Assembly (NCBI GenBank): GCA_038870635.1
Contig: JAVZJR010000004.1
Location: forward strand, 1 to 64,000
Direction of reading: 5' to 3'
Source: Candidatus Bilamarchaeaceae archaeon
Lineage (GTDB): Archaea; Micrarchaeota; Micrarchaeia; Anstonellales; Bilamarchaeaceae
DNA: 64,000 nucleotides
Below the pieces are notes generated by a model, which did not search any database, had not been told where the DNA came from, and was given only the letters and a program-made list of their open reading frames with translations. This document shows, piece after piece, positions 49,149 through 57,989 of this stretch. The position numbers and the translations under genes are program-made. The first letter of the stretch is position 1. Every line of letters begins with the position of its first letter.

Positions 49149-49697
49149 ATGTGGAAAGAGTTTAAAAAACAAAAATTAGCTGCTCTAAAAAAAGCAATTC
49201 ACTTAGGGAAGGTAGATGAAGGGATAATCCCATTGCTCAATGAGATTAACAAGTATGAAAACTTAGTAACGACTTCTTCATGCTTTGGGCGAATAGTACT
49301 TTTAGAATTCGATCTTAAAGAAAGAAAAGCTACTGCTGAATTTTATAGAAAATGGCACAGGGAAGTAAGCGTAGAAGAAGTAGAGGCTGCTGTTTCTGAA
49401 TATAATAAAAAATTACCATTATGGTTTAAGGTTGAGCCGTTTATTCTTCATGTTTCTGCTGCAGACTACAAATCTGCGGAATGGTTTCTAAAAGTCGCAA
49501 GAGCCGCTGGTGTGAAGCGTGGTGGTATACAAGGCACTAATAAGGGAAAAGTAGCAATAGAAATCCAAGGAACAGTATGGATGTCCTTTCCAATTGATTG
49601 CGTCACGGCCAAATGGAAAGAAGTTGTGAACGTTGCTAATAAAATGGTGCAAATAAATTTTTTACAATTAAAAAAATTAGAAAAGCTTTTAAAATAA
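49149..49697 (+). CDS. taw3: tRNA wyosine-derivative methyltransferase Taw3/TYW3
   Basis: VDEGI..LL..IN, TTSSCFGRI, KWH, PFILHV. Confidence 0.88.
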   Translation: MWKEFKKQKLAALKKAIHLGKVDEGIIPLLNEINKYENLVTTSSCFGRIVLLEFDLKERKATAEFYRKWHREVSVEEVEAAVSEYNKKLPLWFKVEPFILHVSAADYKSAEWFLKVARAAGVKRGGIQGTNKGKVAIEIQGTVWMSFPIDCVTAKWKEVVNVANKMVQINFLQLKKLEKLLK

Positions 49698-49729
49698 ACT
49701 AAACAAAAAGTTATTAATGGGGTTTTTGT

Positions 49730-50548
49730 ATGTTTAAGCAAAAAATAAAAAAAGAGCCACAACAACGTAGGGATATTGTTTTTAAAAAATTTGAGCCATT
49801 AATAGAATATAAATTAACAAAATTAGAACAAAGAATAGTTAAGATATTGCTTACTGCTGATGAACATCGCTGCCTAGACTTTTTGGAGGAAGTAATGAAA
49901 AAGGGCAAGGAAGAAGGCGCCCAGCTTGCCCTCAGTCTTGGCGATGGAGAGGTGACCTCAGCTAAATATGTAGAATTAGCAAAAAAGTTTGGTTTAGATG
50001 GTATAACTTTAGAGATGCTTTTTAAAAGATGTGTGGATGCTGATAATACAATAGATATAAAGAAGTTAGTTATGTATGGGGGCCTTTTACCTTTTCACTA
50101 CTTTAGTGACAGTATTATATCTGCTGGTTGGTGGGGCGTGCAGGATTCGCAAGATTCGGTAGAAATTAAATTACCATACCGGCATTTGGATTATTTGTCA
50201 ACTATACCGACATTGCTTCTTTTAAAAGGACATGATCATGCGGCATATGTGGGAAAATTGAAAGCAAAGACAACAAGAGAAGTTTTTAGGGGAAATGTAA
50301 TTCCTCCTAAATTTTTGCTTGATAGAATTGGACCACTCGAGGATAAGAATAATAATATTGACTTTTTGTTTTATGTGTATGAATTTACCGAAATGCCTCC
50401 TCGTAGTTCATACCAAATCAATATTAAAAAAAGCAAAGGCGGTATTTATGTAATTAATCCTGGTCCTCTTCTTTCTGACAAGCGATATGGTTTGTTGACT
50501 CTTGATGAATCTCAATACATAATACAACTAAAATTTCTTCCCTCCTAA
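49730..50548 (+). CDS. divergent calcineurin-like metallophosphoesterase
   Basis: ADEH, LGD, GHDH and INPG motifs present; GNH(D/E) motif not evident. Confidence 0.65.
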   Translation: MFKQKIKKEPQQRRDIVFKKFEPLIEYKLTKLEQRIVKILLTADEHRCLDFLEEVMKKGKEEGAQLALSLGDGEVTSAKYVELAKKFGLDGITLEMLFKRCVDADNTIDIKKLVMYGGLLPFHYFSDSIISAGWWGVQDSQDSVEIKLPYRHLDYLSTIPTLLLLKGHDHAAYVGKLKAKTTREVFRGNVIPPKFLLDRIGPLEDKNNNIDFLFYVYEFTEMPPRSSYQINIKKSKGGIYVINPGPLLSDKRYGLLTLDESQYIIQLKFLPS

Positions 50549-50667
50549 GCCCAAGAAGTATGTTTAAAACACCGATATATTTATATGTTTTACAGCTTAA
50601 TATATAACGAGTAAAATAACTAAAATCTTAAATCAAAATACTCAAAAAATATACCGAGGTGAAACAT

Positions 50668-50976
50668 ATGACAGAAGCAAATGAACAAAAAACCACAGCA
50701 CCACAAAAAACAGACAATGTAATTTTTGTGGGCAAAAAGGGCGCGATGGGTTATGTACTCGCTGTTGTTACTCAGTTCAACAACGGCGCTAAGGAAGTGA
50801 CAATAAAGGCAAGAGGAAAACTTATCTCAAGAGCCGTTGATGTGGCAGAGATTGTAAGGCACAGATTTGTACCTGACTCGAAGATTGATAGAATAAACAT
50901 CTCCACAGAGGAGCTTACATCAGAAGATGGGTCAAAGAGTAAAGTATCTGCTATAGAAATTGTATTGAAAAAATAA
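50668..50976 (+). CDS. albA: DNA/RNA-binding protein Alba
   Basis: [33 protein letters not shown]. Confidence 0.96.
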   Translation: MTEANEQKTTAPQKTDNVIFVGKKGAMGYVLAVVTQFNNGAKEVTIKARGKLISRAVDVAEIVRHRFVPDSKIDRINISTEELTSEDGSKSKVSAIEIVLKK

Positions 50977-51014
50977 ATTTTTTTTCTTTTTCTTATTTTT
51001 TTTAAGTTGATTAA

Positions 51015-51629
51015 ATGAAAATATTAGATCGTGATGGAATAATATCTGCTGCGATCTTGGGATTTTTGATAACTTATTTCGGAGGCTTTGATTATCTATT
51101 TTTTATGTTTCTTTTTCTTTTTTTAGGAGTTATTGTGACAAGATATGAGCAACAGGTAAAGAAAGATATGGGCCTTTACGAGCATGAGAGAGGGGTAGAA
51201 AATGTTCTATCGAATGGTTTAGGCCCAACTCTATTCGCTATTTTTTCACCGCAATTTGGTCCTATCCCTTTTTTGGCTTCTGTTGCAGCAGTTACTTCAG
51301 ACACTTTCGCTTCAGAGATAGGCGTGCTTGGTAAGTCCGACCCGATATTCCTCGGAAATCTTAAAAAAGCAAAACCAGGCACAAATGGTGCTGTCAGTAG
51401 TCTGGGGACAGTTGCTTCTGCAGTTGGCGCAATGTTGATTGGTGCTTTTGGAATGTTTGTTTTTAACCTAAACGCTAAGCAAGCATTTTTTATTGGGTTG
51501 GCCGGTTTTATTGGTTCTCTTGTTGATACACTAGTCGGGATACTTGAGGAGCGCGGCATTGGAACAAAGGGTACTACGAATTTTATTTGCTCTATTACAG
51601 GTGGTTTTTTAGGTTTATTAATAAGATAA
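51015..51629 (+). CDS. DUF92/TMEM19 family membrane protein
   Basis: R...NVLSNG, SDTFASEIG, PGTNGAVS..GT, GSLVDT. Confidence 0.88.
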   Translation: MKILDRDGIISAAILGFLITYFGGFDYLFFMFLFLFLGVIVTRYEQQVKKDMGLYEHERGVENVLSNGLGPTLFAIFSPQFGPIPFLASVAAVTSDTFASEIGVLGKSDPIFLGNLKKAKPGTNGAVSSLGTVASAVGAMLIGAFGMFVFNLNAKQAFFIGLAGFIGSLVDTLVGILEERGIGTKGTTNFICSITGGFLGLLIR

Positions 51630-51649
51630 TTCTCTTTTGGTGATTTTAT

Positions 51650-52351
51650 ATGAAGGCTATAGTTTTAGCTGGTGGCGAGGGAACTAGGCTAAGGCCTTAT
51701 ACTTATGAAACACCAAAACCAATGTTACCGATAGGGGAAGAAAAAAAACCTATTCTTTATTATGTTTTGTTAAACTTAAAGCGCGCAGGAATAAAGGATA
51801 TAATAATAACGGTGGGTTATAAACATGAAAAAATTATAAAATATTTTGGTGATGGAAGTAAATTTGGTTTAAATATTTCTTACTCTATTGAGAAGGAGAA
51901 ATTAAATACTGCTGGTTCTATTTTACCTCTTAAAGATAAACTAAAAGAATCCTTTGTGGTGGTGATGGGCGACCACATAACAAACATAAACATTAAAGAA
52001 CTGGTTGATAGCCACAAGAAAAGCAAGTGTATCTCTACTATTGCTTTGCTAAAGGGAAAGATACCTATAGAATATGGCGTGGCGGAAGTAAAAGATGGAA
52101 GGGTAGTTAAGTTTGAAGAAAAACCAGCCATAGAAAAGCTTTATAACACCGCGATATATGTTTTTGAGCCCGAGATTTTCGATTATATTAAAGAAAAAGA
52201 AGATTTCGCTAAAAATGTTTTTCCGCGATTGCTTGAGAAAAAAATACCGATAAATGCATACATATTTGAAGGTCTTTGGTATGATATTGGCAGAGTGGTT
52301 GATTACGAGAAACTTAAAAAAGAATTGAAGATGTCTGAGATTTTTAAATAA
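51650..52351 (+). CDS. NDP-sugar pyrophosphorylase family nucleotidyltransferase
   Basis: LAGGEGTRLRP.T...PKPMLP, MGD, FEEKP, WYDIG. Confidence 0.92.
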   Translation: MKAIVLAGGEGTRLRPYTYETPKPMLPIGEEKKPILYYVLLNLKRAGIKDIIITVGYKHEKIIKYFGDGSKFGLNISYSIEKEKLNTAGSILPLKDKLKESFVVVMGDHITNINIKELVDSHKKSKCISTIALLKGKIPIEYGVAEVKDGRVVKFEEKPAIEKLYNTAIYVFEPEIFDYIKEKEDFAKNVFPRLLEKKIPINAYIFEGLWYDIGRVVDYEKLKKELKMSEIFK

Positions 52352-53336
52352 TATTTCCAAAAACGCCGGCGTACACCAAAACGACAATTGCTATTAGGAT
52401 TTCAAACGTAACTAAAACTCTAACTAAATTTTGTTCGCTTATTCCGTTAAAAACTTTCATAATTAACTGGCAAAGGCCCCGTACTTTTCCTCCTACTGGG
52501 TAAAGTTTTCCATTTCTATATTCGCCCCACCATTCTTTGCTTGGGAACTTGTTTGCTAATTTTATAAAAAAATCAATTACATATGGAATAAGTAAAAGCG
52601 CGCCTATACTTTCCATATTTCCTATTATTACACCCGCGGCAAGAGTTGCACCTATTGACAGATTCCCAACATCACCAGGAAATGCTTTGGATGGGTAACG
52701 GTTGAAGATGTAGAAAGCAAAAAGAGCACCCAAAAAGGATATAAACATAAAGAGAGAAACTGTTTTACCAGAAAATGCTGCGATTATAGAAGCCGTGGTA
52801 AAGATTACAATGCCCAAACTGCTTTCCAATCCATTAAAACCTCCGAGCATATTTGTAAGATTGGATGCAACTGCTATCCCTATAGGCACTAAAACTAAAA
52901 GATAGAAAATACCAAAATCAACACTTCCAATGAGAGGGAGGGTTATCTCTGTGCTGCCTGCTGCTCTTAATGCTATTAGAGGAATTGCGGCGAACAAAGG
53001 AAGAAATGCTTTAACATATTGTGGTATATCAACTAAATCGTCTACTATCCCTATGAATGCTACTGAATGAACAACTATTAAACCAGCCAATAAATAAATG
53101 AGGTTTAATTCAAAATCAAAAAAAGTGTTGAGAATTATAGTGAGTAAAATCCCGGCCGTAAATCCAGCTATCATTGTTATACCGCCCATTTCTGCAACTT
53201 CTGGTTTAGCAGGTTTGTTTACGTCTTTTCCTACGATGCCGAATCTTTTAAGCCTCGGAATTAAAATACTCCCAAATCCAAATGTAGTAGCAAATGAAAT
53301 TAATAAAACAAGTAGATATGCTATTAAACCATCCAT
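52344..53336 (-). CDS. UDP-GlcNAc:dolichol-phosphate GlcNAc-1-P transferase (AglH/GPT, MraY-like GT4)
   Basis: GKDVNK, EMGG, GIVDD, NMLGGFNGLE, FPGDVG. Confidence 0.88.
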   Translation of the reverse strand: MDGLIAYLLVLLISFATTFGFGSILIPRLKRFGIVGKDVNKPAKPEVAEMGGITMIAGFTAGILLTIILNTFFDFELNLIYLLAGLIVVHSVAFIGIVDDLVDIPQYVKAFLPLFAAIPLIALRAAGSTEITLPLIGSVDFGIFYLLVLVPIGIAVASNLTNMLGGFNGLESSLGIVIFTTASIIAAFSGKTVSLFMFISFLGALFAFYIFNRYPSKAFPGDVGNLSIGATLAAGVIIGNMESIGALLLIPYVIDFFIKLANKFPSKEWWGEYRNGKLYPVGGKVRGLCQLIMKVFNGISEQNLVRVLVTFEILIAIVVLVYAGVFGNII

Positions 53337-53337
53337 T

Positions 53338-54588
53338 TTATCTACCTCTTATTTTGTTTAAAATTTCCTTTGCAAAGTCCACGGAGAAATTTTTTTCTTC
53401 AGCCAATCTTTGCGCAACAGCGTCTATTTCTTCTGTTGTGTTGGCGCCTGCTAATACAGCAATATTTCTCGCATGGAGCTTCATGTGGCCTGCTTGTATC
53501 CCTACTGTTGAAAGGGCGTATAGGGCTGCAAAATTGTTTGCCAAACCAACACAAGCCATTGTCATTGCTAGTTCTCTTGCACTTTTTATTCCTAAAATTT
53601 TCAAAGCGATACGCGCTGTTGGATTGGTATTTATTGCACCACCAAAAATACCAACCGCTAAAGGTAGCTCTATTGTGCCTTTTAGGTGGCCCTCTGGCGT
53701 TTTTTCAAATTTAGTTAATGGATGGTATCCTCCGATAGATGCAAACGCATGCGCGCCTGCTTCTATCGCTCTCCAATCTTGCCCACAAGCAAGCGCTACT
53801 GCATCTATTCCATTCATTATTCCTTTATTGTGCGTTGCGCACCTGTAAATGTCCACTACTGCTAATTCATAACCATCTAATATAGCTTCTATCGCTTCTT
53901 CGCCGATGACTTCTTTTTTCCAAATTGCACTTGCTCTAACCTTTCGCTTTACCGCAAGATTACTCAATATTCTAAGTCTTGCTTTTCCTTTACTGTAGTT
54001 TTCTAGCGTTGGCGCTATTCCTTCTAATATTGTGTTAATTGTGTTAGCACCCATAACATCTTTTACATCAATGTAAAAATAACAAACAAGCATTTCTCCC
54101 CGGCTAGTCCTTATTTTTTTTACTTCAAAATCTTTTATACCGCCCCAATAAGCAGGATTACCTTTGTAGAGTGCTGTTGCAATTTTTATTATTTCATCTT
54201 TTTTATTTTCAAGTTCTTTTTTTGCCTTTGTCGCATTTTTAAGCTGTACTAATTGCACTTCACCTATCATGATAGACTCGTCTGCATCTGCGCTAAATCC
54301 TTCAGGTAATGCTAGTTTGGCGGCTTTGCATGCTCCAGCTACCACGGATGGTTCTTCTAATGCCATAGGTATTAAAACTTCCTTACCGTTTATCTTAAAA
54401 TTTGTAGCGACTCCAAAAGGCAGATGCATTACTCCAATCACATTTTCTATCATTCTGTCAGCTATTTCGATTTCTAAGGCACCTGTTTTTTGTAATAATT
54501 CTATTTCATTTTCACTTAACTGTGTTTTTTCTTTTATTATTTTCACTCTTTCTTTTACTGTTAGCTTGTAAAAACCAGATAACTCCAT
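53338..54588 (-). CDS. HMG-CoA reductase, class II
   Basis: ENVIG, EEPSVVA, DVMGAN, ATHNKGIMNG, GIQAGHMKLH; start trimmed to MELSGFYK. Confidence 0.94.
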   Translation of the reverse strand: MELSGFYKLTVKERVKIIKEKTQLSENEIELLQKTGALEIEIADRMIENVIGVMHLPFGVATNFKINGKEVLIPMALEEPSVVAGACKAAKLALPEGFSADADESIMIGEVQLVQLKNATKAKKELENKKDEIIKIATALYKGNPAYWGGIKDFEVKKIRTSRGEMLVCYFYIDVKDVMGANTINTILEGIAPTLENYSKGKARLRILSNLAVKRKVRASAIWKKEVIGEEAIEAILDGYELAVVDIYRCATHNKGIMNGIDAVALACGQDWRAIEAGAHAFASIGGYHPLTKFEKTPEGHLKGTIELPLAVGIFGGAINTNPTARIALKILGIKSARELAMTMACVGLANNFAALYALSTVGIQAGHMKLHARNIAVLAGANTTEEIDAVAQRLAEEKNFSVDFAKEILNKIRGR

Positions 54589-54592
54589 CCTA

Positions 54593-55039
54593 TCACTCTC
54601 TCGCAAGCCGCGCGCATACGCGTTCAATATTTTTAAAGATTTCACTACTTCTTTTTTCATATATTTTTTTGAATATTTCTGCTAAATTTTGAGTACTTTC
54701 ATCCCCAAAAAAATATTCTCCTTTTTTACGATTTATTATACCATTTTCTTTTAATCTTTCAAGATGATAATAAATTGCTTTAATGTTCTTTTCTGTGGCA
54801 CCACTCTTCATCATTTTGTCTATTATATCTTTTGTTGTTGGTTTTTTGCCAGCAAAATGAAAATAAAGCAAAGTGTCAAGTAAATCTATGATGATTGTTC
54901 TACTCTCATTTGGGTTTATTAAACCTAAAGAAAGTGCGAGCCATCTTACTATTGATTTTCTTGCTAGTAGAACTTCCTCGGGAAGAGCCAACTCCCTCAA
55001 AAGTATTTCTGACTTTATCAGTTTTGATTCTGGTATCAT
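54593..55039 (-). CDS. winged-helix (ArsR-like) putative DNA-binding protein
   Basis: 'WLALSLGLI...ESR' and 'AIYYHLERLKENGII.R..GEY'. Confidence 0.7.
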   Translation of the reverse strand: MIPESKLIKSEILLRELALPEEVLLARKSIVRWLALSLGLINPNESRTIIIDLLDTLLYFHFAGKKPTTKDIIDKMMKSGATEKNIKAIYYHLERLKENGIINRKKGEYFFGDESTQNLAEIFKKIYEKRSSEIFKNIERVCARLARE

Positions 55040-55104
55040 GGGTATTTTTCGATGTAATGGCTTAAAAATGTAGTGCAATATGTGTTTAACCAAAAGGTGG
55101 TTTA

Positions 55105-55476
55105 ATGGTTGAACTTTCTGCGCGTGTGCACCCTGATGTGCTTTTTGCTTATTCGCAAAACTTTGTTAATTTAATAATACGTGTAGAGAATCATGACCCT
55201 TCTCTATTTTGGTGCGAAATAGATATTAAGGTTCCTGAAAGCCTTTCGCTAAGTCCAACAAGCGACTTACAAAAAGGAAGAGTAAGGGTTGGTATACTCA
55301 CAAAAAAAGAATTTATAGAGAAATTAGTTAAGATATTCGCTAATCAATATACTCCCCCACAAATCTACCCAATAATTATTACTCTTTATCTTTTTAATAA
55401 AGACGGAGTAATCGAAAGTAGGCTGGAAAAAAAAATAGAGATTAGATGTGAAGTAAAAAAAGAAGAAACACTATAG
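55105..55476 (+). CDS. hypothetical beta-sandwich protein
   Basis: ORF with AGGTGG SD-like site; no motif recognised. Confidence 0.65.
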   Translation: MVELSARVHPDVLFAYSQNFVNLIIRVENHDPSLFWCEIDIKVPESLSLSPTSDLQKGRVRVGILTKKEFIEKLVKIFANQYTPPQIYPIIITLYLFNKDGVIESRLEKKIEIRCEVKKEETL

Positions 55477-55478
55477 TT

Positions 55479-56270
55479 CTAATTCTTTTTAGGCTTTCTT
55501 ACCTTTTTTTTTATTTTTTTCTCAACGGCTGTTTTTTCCTCTTTTGCAGCACTTTCTTTTTTTGTTTCTTCAGGTTTTTGTTCAGGTTTTTGCTCTTCTT
55601 CTTTTTGAGTTATCTCCTCTTCTTTTATCGTTTGTTCTTTTTCTTTTTTCTCAATCTTGGTGTCATATTCTTCAAGTTTTTCAAAGAAGTTTATATCGTA
55701 CTTAAATTCATTATATGATTTTATTTTTCCTTGAGAAAGCATAACCTCTCGTGCTAGTATGTAAAATAACAATGCAAGCGACCTTCTTCCCTTATTGTTT
55801 ATCGGTATAATTAAGTCTACAAATTTTGTTTCGTTATCAGTGTCGCATAGTGCAATTATAGGAACACCATTTTTTGCAGATTCCATAATCGCTTCTCGTT
55901 CTCCTTTTGGGTCGCATACAAGTATTAACTTTGGTTCTTGAAATTGCTTTGAGGAAAGGTTCGTGGTTGTGCCAGGAACAAATCGTCCTTGCAGTACGGG
56001 TATGCCTGTGAGTTTTGAGAATTTGCTTGCTGCATTACTTGAATAAACACGTGAAGCTACAATGAGTATGTCCGAAGGGGAGTATTTTGTTAGCAATTTC
56101 GCAGCAGCCATTATTCTCTCTGCAGTTTTTGTTAAATCTAATATATAGAGTCCATCATCTCTTTTCTTGAATATAAATTTCTTCATATCGTTTGTTTTTA
56201 TCCTCGTTCCTATATGTACCCCTGCTTCCAAGAACATATCTTGGCTTACAGGCAAACCTGTTTTTTCCAT
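55479..56270 (-). CDS. rps2: 30S ribosomal protein uS2
   Basis: AGVHIGT, GRFVPGT.TN, DP..E..A..E, CDTDN, NNKGRRSL; start at 56270 after a GGTGA SD. Confidence 0.96.
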   Translation of the reverse strand: MEKTGLPVSQDMFLEAGVHIGTRIKTNDMKKFIFKKRDDGLYILDLTKTAERIMAAAKLLTKYSPSDILIVASRVYSSNAASKFSKLTGIPVLQGRFVPGTTTNLSSKQFQEPKLILVCDPKGEREAIMESAKNGVPIIALCDTDNETKFVDLIIPINNKGRRSLALLFYILAREVMLSQGKIKSYNEFKYDINFFEKLEEYDTKIEKKEKEQTIKEEEITQKEEEQKPEQKPEETKKESAAKEEKTAVEKKIKKKVRKPKKN

Positions 56271-56307
56271 ATCCTTATCACCCTCAATGTTCCTTACATC
56301 AAAACAA

Positions 56308-56426
56308 TGGGGCCGCTGAGATTTATTCCACCTCTTTATTGAGGCACCAAGCACCAAAAAAGAGGCGCTTGAACTCAGATAACAAGCACCCCAAGCTTGC
56401 AGGATACCAGGTTACCTCACGGCCCC
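56308..56426 (-). tRNA. tRNA-Pro(GGG) with 46-nt non-canonical intron at 58/59 (intron 56323-56368)
   Basis: GGGGCCG/CGGCCCC acceptor stem, CAAGC-TTGGGGT-GCTTG anticodon arm, CTGAG-TTCAA[intron]AT-CTCAG T-arm; BHB geometry; located after rpoN as in other archaea. Confidence 0.93.
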
Positions 56427-56433
56427 TTAAACA

Positions 56434-56628
56434 TTACACCCGTGGATATTTTATTATTGTATCCACCACATCTACGTGAGTTAAGAACATTCTTCTGCAA
56501 CAGTATCTGTTTATTCCTAATTCGTCCATTGCTATCTCTGGACCTTTTTCAGCAGCCAATTTTTTGTAGTCTGAATATAAATGACCAATTACACTTCCAC
56601 AGGTAAAACATCTAACAGGAAATTCCAT
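56434..56628 (-). CDS. rpoN: DNA-directed RNA polymerase subunit Rpo10 (RpoN)
   Basis: PVRCFTCG, LGINRYCCRRM; start trimmed. Confidence 0.96.
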   Translation of the reverse strand: MEFPVRCFTCGSVIGHLYSDYKKLAAEKGPEIAMDELGINRYCCRRMFLTHVDVVDTIIKYPRV

Positions 56629-56638
56629 TTTATCACCA

Positions 56639-57082
56639 TTATCTGTAGGATTTTTGGTATCTTGCTCTCGCTTTTGGTCCTTTGAATTTCTTTGGTTCCA
56701 CTCTTCTTGAATCTTCAACTATCAAAGAGCGGTCGATTTCTTCGAATTTCTTTTTAAGTTCATTGCTGTTAAAATAGCCAACAAGTGCTTTTGCTATTGC
56801 TGTTCTTGCTGCTTGAGCTTGTCCCATCACTCCGCCGCCATAAACATTAACTGCTATGTCTATTGAATTTGCTTCTGGACCTAAATATTTCAAAGGTTCT
56901 GCTATAATTTCTTTTATATATTTATTATTGAATGATTCCAGTAAGATATTATTCATTCTTATTTTACCACTCCCTGGTGTTACAACTGCGCGTGCAACAC
57001 TTGTTTTTCTTTTTCCACGCGCTAAAAACGCTTTTTCTTTTTCTCTTTTTTTACTTTTCTTTTTAGTTTTTTTCTCAGTCAT
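56639..57082 (-). CDS. rps9: 30S ribosomal protein uS9
   Basis: GKRKTSVARA, GGGVMGQA, EPKKF.GPKARARYQKSYR. Confidence 0.97.
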   Translation of the reverse strand: MTEKKTKKKSKKREKEKAFLARGKRKTSVARAVVTPGSGKIRMNNILLESFNNKYIKEIIAEPLKYLGPEANSIDIAVNVYGGGVMGQAQAARTAIAKALVGYFNSNELKKKFEEIDRSLIVEDSRRVEPKKFKGPKARARYQKSYR

Positions 57083-57087
57083 TATTA

Positions 57088-57504
57088 TCACCCTTTATAT
57101 CCTAATGATTTGCATAACTCCTCTATTGTGATGTGTTTTGCGATTCCATCATACTTTTCAGATTCTATTTGATTAGTGGCTGTAAGATTTTTAGGATTAC
57201 CGCTATAAAATATTATTCTTTTATACGCTTCTTTTCCTCTTTTTGTTTTCCAAGGTAGCATTCCTCTTATCATTCTTTTAACAAGGAGATGTGGTACTCT
57301 TGGCCATTTTGCTGCGTGTTCAGGGTTAGCTTTATTTACTTGTCGTCTTCTTTTGAGGAATTTTTCAACTATTGATTTCTGATTTCCTATTATAACAAAC
57401 TTTTCTGCGTTTATTACATGAATTTCTTCGCCAGAAAGTGCTTTTTTTGCTATTTTTGTCGCTATTCTTCCGAAAATATAATCTGTCGCGTCTATGACAA
57501 TCAT
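57088..57504 (-). CDS. rpl13: 50S ribosomal protein uL13
   Basis: IDA....GRIA, NAEK, P....KRMIRGMLP...RG. Confidence 0.95.
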   Translation of the reverse strand: MIVIDATDYIFGRIATKIAKKALSGEEIHVINAEKFVIIGNQKSIVEKFLKRRRQVNKANPEHAAKWPRVPHLLVKRMIRGMLPWKTKRGKEAYKRIIFYSGNPKNLTATNQIESEKYDGIAKHITIEELCKSLGYKG

Positions 57505-57512
57505 ACAACCAC

Positions 57513-57884
57513 CTAAACTATTAATAAAATATCTTTTCCAGCAGGATTGATTTTGTATAATGACTCTATTGACATCGTTTTTCCACCTGCCGCTTCTATG
57601 GCTTTTTTTGCGCTTTCGCTGAATGCAAATGCGGCCACAGTTAATTCTCTGGTTATCCTGCCGGCCCCAAGAACTTTTCCAGGCACTATGACGTTTTTAC
57701 CTGATTCGCAATATTTTTCTAGTTTACTTATATTTACTTCTACTCTTTTTCTTCTTGGCTTTGATAGCTCATATGCTACCTTTTGCCATATTGGTTTTTT
57801 TTCTTTCCTTAAATTTTCAATCAAAGAAATCAAGAATGGATTTTCCTTTCTTGACTTAACCTTTTCTATGTCTGCTTTTTTCAT
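57513..57884 (-). CDS. rpl18e: 50S ribosomal protein eL18
   Basis: [33 protein letters not shown]. Confidence 0.95.
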   Translation of the reverse strand: MKKADIEKVKSRKENPFLISLIENLRKEKKPIWQKVAYELSKPRRKRVEVNISKLEKYCESGKNVIVPGKVLGAGRITRELTVAAFAFSESAKKAIEAAGGKTMSIESLYKINPAGKDILLIV

Positions 57885-57989
57885 AAAATCACCGGCTCGC
57901 GCGGATTTTTTAATCCGACTAAAACGCCGTTAGTAGAATTTATCTTAGAAAGTTTTTTAAATGTGCCCACAGGCTATTATTTGGTATTT

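Noticed and set aside
53294..53848. Long antisense ORFs (e.g. 53294-53848, 58154-58777, 14397-14879, 43029-43424, 41322-41651)
   Set aside because: They are opposite-strand shadows of well-supported genes, with no motifs of their own.
56271..56357. N-terminal extension of uS2 in the ORF track
   Set aside because: It overlaps tRNA-Pro and its intron; SD and homology favour the ATG at 56270.
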